From: a virus
Lineage: Duplodnaviria; Caudoviricetes
Virus record (IMG/VR): IMGVR_UViG_3300037311_000459
Span: 1 to 39,389 of that record
Length of the DNA: 39,389 nt
Reading direction: 5' to 3' (one strand)
Below the pieces are notes generated by a model. The model was not told the DNA's origin. It was given only the letters and a program-made list of their open reading frames with translations, and made no database searches. Shown here in pieces: positions 7,255-15,351 of this stretch (positions are counted from its first letter, which is position 1; each line of letters begins with the position of its first letter). Position numbers and translations under genes: made by a program.

Positions 7255-10200
7255 CTATTCCCTCGCTCGCGCGCGGCTGATCCGCGCATCCCGGTTGTTC
7301 TCTTTCTGCATCTTGACCAGCGTATCGATGCCCTTGCCGAACCTGTTCAGGGCGGACAGCATGCCGATCTGCACATCGTCCCGGCCGGACGGCACCGCGA
7401 CACCCCGCTCCGCGAAGGCCTGCGGTCTGCGCAGCCAAGTCGCGGGGCCGTGTTCCTTCGGCCCGAGCGCCTGACGCAGGATCTCCGCCGTTTCCTTGTG
7501 GTTGAAGACGCGCGCCGGTCCGGTCGAGATCAGCTCCGCGCCGCGCTCCCCTGCGAACATCAATCCGCCGCTGTGCCATCCGCCCTGGGCGAAACCCGGA
7601 ATGCCCGCGATGTCGCCGAACTTCTTGGCGAGCGCGATCACTTCCTGGAACACCTTGGCGTAGCTCTCGGTCGACCCGAAGAAATCCTTCAGGATCGAAA
7701 GATAGGCGCCGGACTTGTCGCGAAACTCCTGGCCGCCGATCGACTTCGCCGCCTCATATTGCAGCCGCGCCTGCTCCAGTTGGTCACGCGGCGACAAGGC
7801 GCTGAGCTCGCCGAACTGCAACTGGTTGACGAAGTCTTTCCAGGTGTCGGCAACCCCCTTTAGCCCCTGGTCCAGGACCTGTTGCCGCTTGATCCCATAC
7901 AGCTTCTCCAACTCCAACAGGTCCAGGCCCAGCTTCTCGGCCACGGCCTTCCGGCCCGCATAGTCCTTTTCGAGTTGCTGCAGCGCGAACTTCTGCGGGT
8001 CCGTCAGTTGCAGCAGCTCTTCTGCGACCGTCTCCGTGAAGTCGCGGCGCATCGCCGCCAGCACCTGCGGGCTCGAGATGCCGAGTTCTTCCGCCTGGGC
8101 ATTGAACTTCGCCAAAGAGGTATTGAAGTCGTTGACCGCTTTCTGAGCAGCGTCGCTGGCGGTCCGGACCTTGTCGAAGCCGTCGACCCACTTCGTGAAG
8201 TTGATAACCTCCATGACCTTGTCGACATCGGTCAGGACATTGGACATCGCCCCCTTGTTCTTGCCGCCATCGGTATAGAGATAGCGGAAGGCCGATTGCG
8301 TCGACGCTCCGGTTCCCGCCACGTTGCCCTGCAGCGCCGTGGCGAAGAGCGTGCCGGCGGACAGCGCCTTCAGGGCGTCTTCGACCGTCGCATAGCGGCT
8401 GATCTCGCCGGAGATGTTGTTCAGGCCAAGGCTCTTCAGGTCGGCGAACATCGTCGCCTTGTAGAACTCGCTCTTGGTCTTGCCGCCCTTCGTGCTGTGA
8501 TAGTAGCTGAGGCGCATCCGCGTGGCGGGGTCCAGCGTCGCGCCGGCATTCGCGAGCGCCAGCGTGATCGCTTCCCGCGCCAGATCCCCGAGCTCGTCGC
8601 CCATGCCGCCCCGGACCTTGCCGTCCGTATCCGTGTAGTCGATGGTCGGGAATCCGAACGTCCCCGCCTTCAGCCAAGCTTCGGCCTCGTTCTTCTTCAG
8701 CTTCGGCTTCTTCTTGCCGAGCAACCCGCCGATCACGGAGCCGAGCAATCCACCGACAGCCCCGCCGATTGGACCAAGGCCGAAGATCGATCCGACTGCT
8801 GTTCCAATGCCCGTCAGGCCGGCCGTTACGCCAGACTGAAGCATGCCCTGCCCGGATAGCAGCGATGCTCCGAAAGCAAGCGCGGCGCTGCCTAGCCCGC
8901 CACCAAGGGGCGTATTCAGGAAATTGGCGACGTTGCCGAGCATCGTCGGCGCGCCGCCGACCGTGCGACCGATGTTCCCGAGCGTCTGGACGGGAGTATA
9001 GAGATTGCTAGGCCCGACGAGTGCGCCGAAGATATCGCCCAGCCCGCCCATGCTGGGCATGCTGAAGCCGCCGGTCACCCCGCCACCTAGGCTCGGGGTG
9101 CCGCTGCCGAAGGTCGCACCACCCCCGAGCCCGCCCACACCAGGCGACAGGCCCAGATTGCCGGCCGCGCCACCGAAGCCGAGTAGGGACAAGGCGCCGC
9201 CGAAGATTGGTCGCATCGTGTAGAGTGTGGTCAGCTCAGCTGCCAAACGAACGAAGATGCGCTTGGCCGCCGCTGCGGCCTCGCTGAACGTATCGACCGA
9301 GCCCGAATAGACACCCTCATAGAAGTCGGTCAGCGACGATTGAATGCTGCTCAGCGCATTCTCCCAGGGCCGACGCATGATCTCCGCCTGCTGCTCGGCG
9401 ATGCGCTCCATCTCGCGCTGGCGGTCCTGCATCACACCCTCGGCTTCGCGCTGCGCCTCTTCCGCCGCCTTCCTCGCCTCGCCTTCTCTGGCTCTTGCCC
9501 TGGCGGACGCTTCGATGCTACGCGTCTCTTCGTCGGTGAGCTTTCGATTGGCCCGCCGGGCAATTGCCTCGGCTTCCAGCAATGCCGTGTGAATTTCCCG
9601 CTGCTCCGACGACATCTTCAACTGCAGTCGCTCATCATCTATGCGCGAGATCAGTTCTTGAATTCCGACAATAGAGTCTGCAGTCGCCTTTCTCTGCCGC
9701 TCTTGTTCACGCTCCGCGTCCACACCAGCTCTCGTTGCTTCTTCCTGCGCCTTGCCAATGTCATAGATCGCCGCGGCCTTGCGCTCCAGGTCAGCGATCA
9801 ACTGAGGGCTGGCCGGCTTCCCGTCTAACTCGGCCACCTTGCGCGCGACCGTTTCTGCGATGAAGCGTTCGCGGTTACTCATCTTCGCAAGCTCAACCTC
9901 CTTATTCATGCTGGCTATGATTTCGTTCTGCGACTTCGCGAGTTCAGCCGCGGCTTCCTGTTGATCTTTGAGAGAGGCAGCCGCCTTTCCCGCAATCGAT
10001 TCGTTCGTCTGCTGCGTGTTCAGTGCCTGGTTGAACCGCTTGACTTCGCCGGGGGCGGCGATGCGGTCGGTCAGGTCGGCGATCTCCTTCAGCAGGTCGC
10101 GCTGCTGCGCCAGCAGACCCATGCGGAAGGGTCCTTCCGGCGCCGACGCAAGGCGATCGTTCACCGCGCCCAACTGCATGCGCTTCTGCAGCAGGTCGAA

Positions 10201-11235
10201 ATTCGGATTGCGCGGTGCGCCGAAACCTCTGGTAGGGTCAATCTCGCCGCCGCCCGCGATCCACGCGTTCATCGCGGCAAGCGACTTGTTGATATCCTTG
10301 ATGTAGTCCATCACGCCGCTGTCGGCGATCCGCTGCCCGGCGTTCTCCCAGAAATCGCCCCAGTTCTTTGAGAGCTCGTCCAGGGCGCCGGCAGCACCCT
10401 CGTGCGATCCCGCCGCCGCGCCGCCGATGCTCTTCTTCAGCTCGTCGATCAGCCGCGCGCCCGCCCCCGCCTTGTCGCCGGCCTCGGCCATCGCCTTGAT
10501 CGCCCGGTCGGCGTCGGTCGCGAAGTCGATGCCGGCCTTGCGCAGATCGGTCAGCCCCTTCACCGGGTCCTGTAGATCTTTGCCTAGGCGCACCGCGTTG
10601 CTGCTCAGGTCGCCGCCCAGAACTTCCGACAGGTCGGCGGCCAGCTTGATGACCTCTTTGAAGGTCTGCCCCCGGATGCCGCTGTTGAGTGCCAGGGCGG
10701 CCTGCGCCGCGCGCACCTCCCCATCGCCGAAGAAGCTGTTGCCCTTGATCTCTTGCTGAAGGGCCGCCAGTTCCTTGCGGGTCAGGCCGATCCGGTCGCC
10801 ATTCGCGCGCATCACCGCGTTCAGGCGATTTACCGACCGCTCCGCTTCGGCGAAGGCCGTGATCGACTTTCCGATGCCGATGGTGACGGCGCCGATGCCG
10901 GCCGCCGCGGCCAAGCCGGCCGGGCCCAGCGAACTCAGCGCCCCGCCGACCACCGGCACCCGGGCGGCCATGCTGCGCAGGCCGGCATCGACTTCCTGTC
11001 CGGCCGCGCTCAGCGCTTTGAATGCCGGCGTGCCGGCCCGGCTCAGCTTCTCGAGCTCCGCCCGCGCCTTGGCTAGATTGCTTTCGGCCCGGCTCATGGC
11101 GTTCGCCAGTTGCGGCGACTTCTGGCTGATCATGTCGAAGGCTTTTTGGCCGATCGGACCCAGCGATTCCAGGTCGCGCTTCAGCTCTTCCAGGCCCTCG
11201 CTGGAAAGTCGGAAGACGAAGCCCTTGCGCGCCAT
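7255..11235 (-). CDS. Tail tape measure protein
   Basis: 1326 aa, Ala/Glu/Lys-rich helical, LGKDLQDPVKGLTDLRKAGIDF motif, Gly-rich hydrophobic part, C-terminal GFAQGG...AGERGAEL. Confidence 0.92.
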   Translation of the reverse strand: MARKGFVFRLSSEGLEELKRDLESLGPIGQKAFDMISQKSPQLANAMSRAESNLAKARAELEKLSRAGTPAFKALSAAGQEVDAGLRSMAARVPVVGGALSSLGPAGLAAAAGIGAVTIGIGKSITAFAEAERSVNRLNAVMRANGDRIGLTRKELAALQQEIKGNSFFGDGEVRAAQAALALNSGIRGQTFKEVIKLAADLSEVLGGDLSSNAVRLGKDLQDPVKGLTDLRKAGIDFATDADRAIKAMAEAGDKAGAGARLIDELKKSIGGAAAGSHEGAAGALDELSKNWGDFWENAGQRIADSGVMDYIKDINKSLAAMNAWIAGGGEIDPTRGFGAPRNPNFDLLQKRMQLGAVNDRLASAPEGPFRMGLLAQQRDLLKEIADLTDRIAAPGEVKRFNQALNTQQTNESIAGKAAASLKDQQEAAAELAKSQNEIIASMNKEVELAKMSNRERFIAETVARKVAELDGKPASPQLIADLERKAAAIYDIGKAQEEATRAGVDAEREQERQRKATADSIVGIQELISRIDDERLQLKMSSEQREIHTALLEAEAIARRANRKLTDEETRSIEASARARAREGEARKAAEEAQREAEGVMQDRQREMERIAEQQAEIMRRPWENALSSIQSSLTDFYEGVYSGSVDTFSEAAAAAKRIFVRLAAELTTLYTMRPIFGGALSLLGFGGAAGNLGLSPGVGGLGGGATFGSGTPSLGGGVTGGFSMPSMGGLGDIFGALVGPSNLYTPVQTLGNIGRTVGGAPTMLGNVANFLNTPLGGGLGSAALAFGASLLSGQGMLQSGVTAGLTGIGTAVGSIFGLGPIGGAVGGLLGSVIGGLLGKKKPKLKKNEAEAWLKAGTFGFPTIDYTDTDGKVRGGMGDELGDLAREAITLALANAGATLDPATRMRLSYYHSTKGGKTKSEFYKATMFADLKSLGLNNISGEISRYATVEDALKALSAGTLFATALQGNVAGTGASTQSAFRYLYTDGGKNKGAMSNVLTDVDKVMEVINFTKWVDGFDKVRTASDAAQKAVNDFNTSLAKFNAQAEELGISSPQVLAAMRRDFTETVAEELLQLTDPQKFALQQLEKDYAGRKAVAEKLGLDLLELEKLYGIKRQQVLDQGLKGVADTWKDFVNQLQFGELSALSPRDQLEQARLQYEAAKSIGGQEFRDKSGAYLSILKDFFGSTESYAKVFQEVIALAKKFGDIAGIPGFAQGGWHSGGLMFAGERGAELISTGPARVFNHKETAEILRQALGPKEHGPATWLRRPQAFAERGVAVPSGRDDVQIGMLSALNRFGKGIDTLVKMQKENNRDARISRARARE

Positions 11236-11247
11236 CTTGTCCCGCTC

Positions 11248-11916
11248 CTAGATCTCTACCGGCAATGCCTTCTCAATGAACTGGCCGATGCGGCCGCCCC
11301 AGCGGTCGACGATCGCGTCGGGGTCCAGCTTCCGCGTCTGGCGGACTTCCTTCACCAGGACGAACATCGCGACCGGCCGTTCGGCGCGACCCTGCGCCTT
11401 GCGGCGGCCGGTCGCCGTGCGCTCCGCCCTGTCGTTTCTGGCCCGGATCGCCTGCGCGACCAGGATGAACGGCGCCTTTGCGCTGCCGGTCGGAATCGAC
11501 CGCAGCGGCCCATACAGCCGCGCGACATCCTCCGGGGTCATCCGTTGCATGCCGCCGCGTCCGTGCCGCGGCACGTTCTTGGTCGGGATCGCCAGATATT
11601 TCCCGCCGCTTCCCCGGATGGTCGCGCCGTTCAGCATGGCGTCGAAGATGCGGATGCCCTTCTTGCTGTCGATGAAGACTTCGCCCGCCGCCCGCAGCGA
11701 CGCCCGGCCCTTCGGATAGACCTGGGATCGCACGGCGTTGGGCAGTCGGTTGCCCAACCCCGCGGAGGAAACGTGCTGGCGAAGCTCCAGCTTCAAGCCT
11801 TCCGTCGCCTCGGTCACGCCCGCCGTCACCGCGCGCTTCGCGACCTCCAGGTTGCGCTTGGCCCAGCGATCGATCTCCGACCGGCTCGGCCCCTGGATGC
11901 GGAACCGGACCGTCAC
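11248..11916 (-). CDS. DUF6441-like neck/tail completion protein
   Basis: GLKLELRQHVSSAGLGNRLPNAVRSQVYPKG pattern; GTG start overlaps the upstream stop (GTGA). Confidence 0.7.
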   Translation of the reverse strand: MTVRFRIQGPSRSEIDRWAKRNLEVAKRAVTAGVTEATEGLKLELRQHVSSAGLGNRLPNAVRSQVYPKGRASLRAAGEVFIDSKKGIRIFDAMLNGATIRGSGGKYLAIPTKNVPRHGRGGMQRMTPEDVARLYGPLRSIPTGSAKAPFILVAQAIRARNDRAERTATGRRKAQGRAERPVAMFVLVKEVRQTRKLDPDAIVDRWGGRIGQFIEKALPVEI

Positions 11917-12212
11917 GTCTTCCCCCTGTTGAGCTCGTCGGCGGCGGCCTGCACGATCGCGAAGGCGTCCATCAGCCAGGCGCATTGATCGTTGAATCCG
12001 CCCGCATCCGGCAGGCAGCTATAGCCGCCCATCGGGTGGCGGCAGCGGCCATACAGGTCCACCACCATCCGGAAGTCTTCGGCCAGCGTCAGGCGCGGAT
12101 TTCGCGCGTATCGCTCGCCGAAGATGTCCCAGGCGCTTCCGTCTGGGGCGCGCTCTCCGCCGGCGAAGTCGCGGGGGCGTGCTGCGACGACGACGGCGAT
12201 GCGAAGTTTTTT
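11913..12212 (-). CDS. Tail assembly chaperone -1 frameshift extension (gpT-like part)
   Basis: Open -1 frame after the slippery site; LPDAGGFNDQCAWLMDAF motif; no good start of its own. Confidence 0.75.
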   Translation of the reverse strand, partial: KKLRIAVVVAARPRDFAGGERAPDGSAWDIFGERYARNPRLTLAEDFRMVVDLYGRCRHPMGGYSCLPDAGGFNDQCAWLMDAFAIVQAAADELNRGKT

Positions 12213-12766
12213 TCCTGGTCCCCACTTGGCCGCAGCATGTTGTTGATCTCCCGGAAGATCTCCCACACATGCTCGCCGGGAAGCTGCTCGACCAGTTCCG
12301 GCAACACGCGCCGGTCGGCGCCGCGGCGGAACTCAACCTGCACATTCTCCCAGCCCTGGAGGCAGTGCGCCGCATAGATGTAGGGCGCGATCTGCATCCA
12401 GAAGCCGTTATCCGCCTCCATGGCGGCGATCGTCGGCGCGTAGCGGCGCAGGCTGCCGATGATCAACTCCCACTTGCGCGCCAGATCCTCGGATGCGCTG
12501 TCGACATCCGGCAGGGCTTCGACCTCTTCGATCACGCCAATAACTTCGGCGGCGTTGTCCGGCCGAGCCTCTTCGATCACCTTGCGCGCCTCCGCGCAGA
12601 ATGCGCCGGGAAGCCAGTATCGCGCGCCGTTCTCCGACATCGCCCGGTTCAGGGCCGCCCGGCCGGCGACCGTCGGCACCCCGATCAGATAGACAGGCGC
12701 CCCCGGTTGGCCGCGCACGTTCTCAGGCGTGAACCGCACGGGGTCACGCCGCGTCAACGGAATCAT
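12089..12766 (-). CDS. Tail assembly chaperone (gpG-like)
   Basis: Follows the tail tube gene; contains EKNF slippery codons then a low-complexity tail. Confidence 0.8.
   Translation of the reverse strand: MIPLTRRDPVRFTPENVRGQPGAPVYLIGVPTVAGRAALNRAMSENGARYWLPGAFCAEARKVIEEARPDNAAEVIGVIEEVEALPDVDSASEDLARKWELIIGSLRRYAPTIAAMEADNGFWMQIAPYIYAAHCLQGWENVQVEFRRGADRRVLPELVEQLPGEHVWEIFREINNMLRPSGDQEKNFASPSSSQHAPATSPAESAPQTEAPGTSSASDTREIRA
12206..12212 (-). other. Programmed -1 ribosomal frameshift heptamer A-AAA-AAC
   Basis: Minus strand CAG GAA AAA AAC TTC; X XXY YYZ in the correct phase. Confidence 0.85.
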
Positions 12767-12837
12767 GTGTGCACCCTTCGATTTGATTGGAAGCCGCCCG
12801 CCCAACTCCGGGTTGGCGGGCGGCGGAGTTCGGCAGG

Positions 12838-14232
12838 CTAGAAGATTGCCAGCTGGAAGCCGGAATCCTGGCCCCGGGCGAAGAAGCCCAGCTGTTCGGT
12901 CATCATGCCCTGGTTGTCGCCGGGCTGATAACTCTCATAGAACGCCTTCGGCACGGTCAGGCCCACGCGATTGCCGGCGACCGCGCCGACGCCGCCCAGC
13001 ACGCGGCCATGGACCGGCATTTCATTGCCGACGCGGAAGTCGTTCATCAGATCCCGCGTCGCCACCAGCGTCGCCAGCGGATCGATGCTGCCGCCGATTC
13101 GCCGCGACATGATGTTCGGCGGATCGAAGCCTTCGGCCGCGTTCGGGTTGGGCGGGAACACCAGCTGATTGCCCAGATTGAGCGCGAAGGTCTGCAGCGC
13201 GGCCAGCTGGCGGTTGACCGTCATGCGCGAATTCCGGAACGTCCCGGGCCGGGTGCCGTCATAGGTGACGGCCGGAACCGCCGCATCGGCCTTGCTGACA
13301 TACATCCCGCGCAGGGTGATATCCGCCCAGCAGGCGCCGGCCGCATTCATGCTGAAACCGGCATCGCCGCGCACGCCCGAAAAGCGGTAGCGGACCCCGT
13401 CCATATAGGCCTCGATCGACAGGCTCGGCACCGCGCCGGAGGAAGGCTTGTAGAGCACATGCGCCGGAATGCTCGCCTTCGTGGTCGCGCTGAGCGCCGC
13501 CCCCAGGGTTTCGACGATCTTGGCAACGCGCGCCACCGAATAGTCGTCGAGTGCGGTCAGAAGCGGCGTGGCGGGGTTGGTCGACAACCAGACCGGCATG
13601 CCGGCATAGATCTGGTCGGTCGCCGCCCAGGGGGCGATCGCCGTGAAGGAATTCACCGTGCCCGCGGACGCGACGATGGCGGCGAGCCCGCGGCGAATGT
13701 CGAAGGTCGGACCGGCCGCGGCATTGGTCAGGCCCGGCGCGCTGCCGTCCATCTTCGTGACCGTGATCGACGCGGCGGAAGACGTGGCCACCAGGAATTC
13801 GCCGATGAAGGCGCCGCCGATGATCAGGGCGATGGCCGTGCCGGCGGTCAGGGCGGCCAGACCGTTCGCCGAATCGGCGATGGTGTTGCCGCCGGTGATC
13901 GAAAAGGTCGTCCCGGTAATCGACGTATTCGTGATCGTCTCGGACAGGGCGCAGGCCTTCAGGATGTCGCCATATTCCGGCGGCGTCCCCGGAATGCCAC
14001 TGCCCTTCAGATAGGCGCGAAAGCTCAGGCTGGCCTGCAACCCGCCCAGGATCGGCCCTCGGCTGTCCAGGCTGCCGGTCACCTCGTTCGTTTCGACGTT
14101 CTGCGGGTCGAAGCTGATCTGCGGATTCTCGACCAGGATGCCATCCGTGACCGCGCTCGGCGCCTGGAAGGTGCCTTCGACGGATTCGATGACAGCCAGC
14201 AACGCCGCGTTACGCGAGCGCAAGACGGGCAT
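12838..14232 (-). CDS. Major tail (tube) protein
   Basis: Position between tail terminator and chaperone; LKGSGIPGTPPEYGDILKAC motif; AGGAGG RBS. Confidence 0.85.
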   Translation of the reverse strand: MPVLRSRNAALLAVIESVEGTFQAPSAVTDGILVENPQISFDPQNVETNEVTGSLDSRGPILGGLQASLSFRAYLKGSGIPGTPPEYGDILKACALSETITNTSITGTTFSITGGNTIADSANGLAALTAGTAIALIIGGAFIGEFLVATSSAASITVTKMDGSAPGLTNAAAGPTFDIRRGLAAIVASAGTVNSFTAIAPWAATDQIYAGMPVWLSTNPATPLLTALDDYSVARVAKIVETLGAALSATTKASIPAHVLYKPSSGAVPSLSIEAYMDGVRYRFSGVRGDAGFSMNAAGACWADITLRGMYVSKADAAVPAVTYDGTRPGTFRNSRMTVNRQLAALQTFALNLGNQLVFPPNPNAAEGFDPPNIMSRRIGGSIDPLATLVATRDLMNDFRVGNEMPVHGRVLGGVGAVAGNRVGLTVPKAFYESYQPGDNQGMMTEQLGFFARGQDSGFQLAIF

Positions 14233-14254
14233 GAAAACCTCCTATGTGTGGAAC

Positions 14255-14704
14255 TCAGGGATTGGCGGTAAAGGGGTCGTTCTTCCGGGTCGCGATGCGC
14301 ACCACGACTTCGAGATCGGCCTTCAGATGCGGCGGCACGCCCTCGCCCCGGACCATGTCGGGGTCGCTCAGGCCCTGCTCCCACGCATCGATCGAATTGC
14401 CGGAATTGCTCAGATCCGCGACGAAGGCCGCGACGGCCGCGCCATAGAGCTCATCCAGCTTCGGCGACAGGCCGGCCGCGTTGTTGGCCGCGATATGCAG
14501 GCTGATGGTCACGTTCAGGTCGAAGACATCGATCGACGTGTAATCGGCGACCCGCTCGTGGCCGCCATCGAACATGACAAGCCGGGGCAGCTTGGTAACC
14601 GGGCCGGGGTCGTTGCGCGCGGTCGTCAGGCCCGCCACCGTGCCGATGGCTGACAGGCGGGCATAGAGCGACACCAGCGCCCTCTCTCGCACCGTATCGG
14701 TCAC
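14255..14704 (-). CDS. Tail terminator-like protein
   Basis: 149 aa, synteny, TVRERAL...RN...LPRLVMFDG pattern. Confidence 0.65.
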   Translation of the reverse strand: MTDTVRERALVSLYARLSAIGTVAGLTTARNDPGPVTKLPRLVMFDGGHERVADYTSIDVFDLNVTISLHIAANNAAGLSPKLDELYGAAVAAFVADLSNSGNSIDAWEQGLSDPDMVRGEGVPPHLKADLEVVVRIATRKNDPFTANP

Positions 14705-15018
14705 GACTGCCGCTCCAGGTCCAAGGTCCAGATCTGGCCCGACGCGTCGGCCAGGCGCCCGCCCCGGACAAGATAGGTCACGCCGCCAACCACGATTTGA
14801 TCGCCGTCGTTGACCGCGGCGACTTCGGACGCGCGGACCTGGGCCGTGTTCATGTCGGCCAACAGGACGGATTCGCCCATCTGGATGCGGTCCTTCTGCC
14901 GGCGCAGGATGACCGTTACCGTCAGGCTGCCGCCGGCGACCGGCTGATAGGTGGCTGTCTCGCCGAAGCTGGCGGCGTCGAAGAACGCCGCCAGATCGTC
15001 GGTATCGAATTGGGGCAA
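14701..15018 (-). CDS. Head-tail joining / head closure protein (gpFII-like)
   Basis: DLAAFFD..FGETATY...DGDQIVVGGVTYLV pattern; synteny. Confidence 0.75.
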   Translation of the reverse strand: MPQFDTDDLAAFFDAASFGETATYQPVAGGSLTVTVILRRQKDRIQMGESVLLADMNTAQVRASEVAAVNDGDQIVVGGVTYLVRGGRLADASGQIWTLDLERQS

Positions 15019-15022
15019 GGAT

Positions 15023-15268
15023 CTAGCTCTTGCCGCCGGGGATCAGGCCGGCAGCATTCTGGGTCGACAGGCCGCCCTTCTCTTCGGACGCGTTACCCTC
15101 GCCTCGGGTCTGCTTCCCCTTCGGCGCGGCCTTCTCGACATACTCGGCCTTCTTGATCGCTACGAGGGTCTTGGCGTCGCTTTCGCTCGCGTTGACCACG
15201 TCCCCGGCCTCGACCGGCTCTCCACCGCAGACCGTATTGCGGAGGATCTTGATTTTGACTTTCGACAT
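15023..15268 (-). CDS. Small capsid-associated hypothetical protein
   Basis: GAGGA RBS; sits immediately after the capsid gene; short beta domain plus disordered tail. Confidence 0.65.
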   Translation of the reverse strand: MSKVKIKILRNTVCGGEPVEAGDVVNASESDAKTLVAIKKAEYVEKAAPKGKQTRGEGNASEEKGGLSTQNAAGLIPGGKS

Positions 15269-15286
15269 GCTCGCATCCTCTCAAGG

Positions 15287-15312
15287 AAAAGGGGCGGCCG
15301 ATCGGCCGCCCC
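15287..15312 (-). terminator. Terminator after the major capsid gene
   Basis: GGGGCGGCC-gatc-GGCCGCCCC then TTTT on the minus strand; second GC hairpin at ~15324-15345. Confidence 0.7.
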
Positions 15313-15351
15313 GGTCGTCATTGGGCGGCCGAAGTGCCGGCCGCCTCACGC

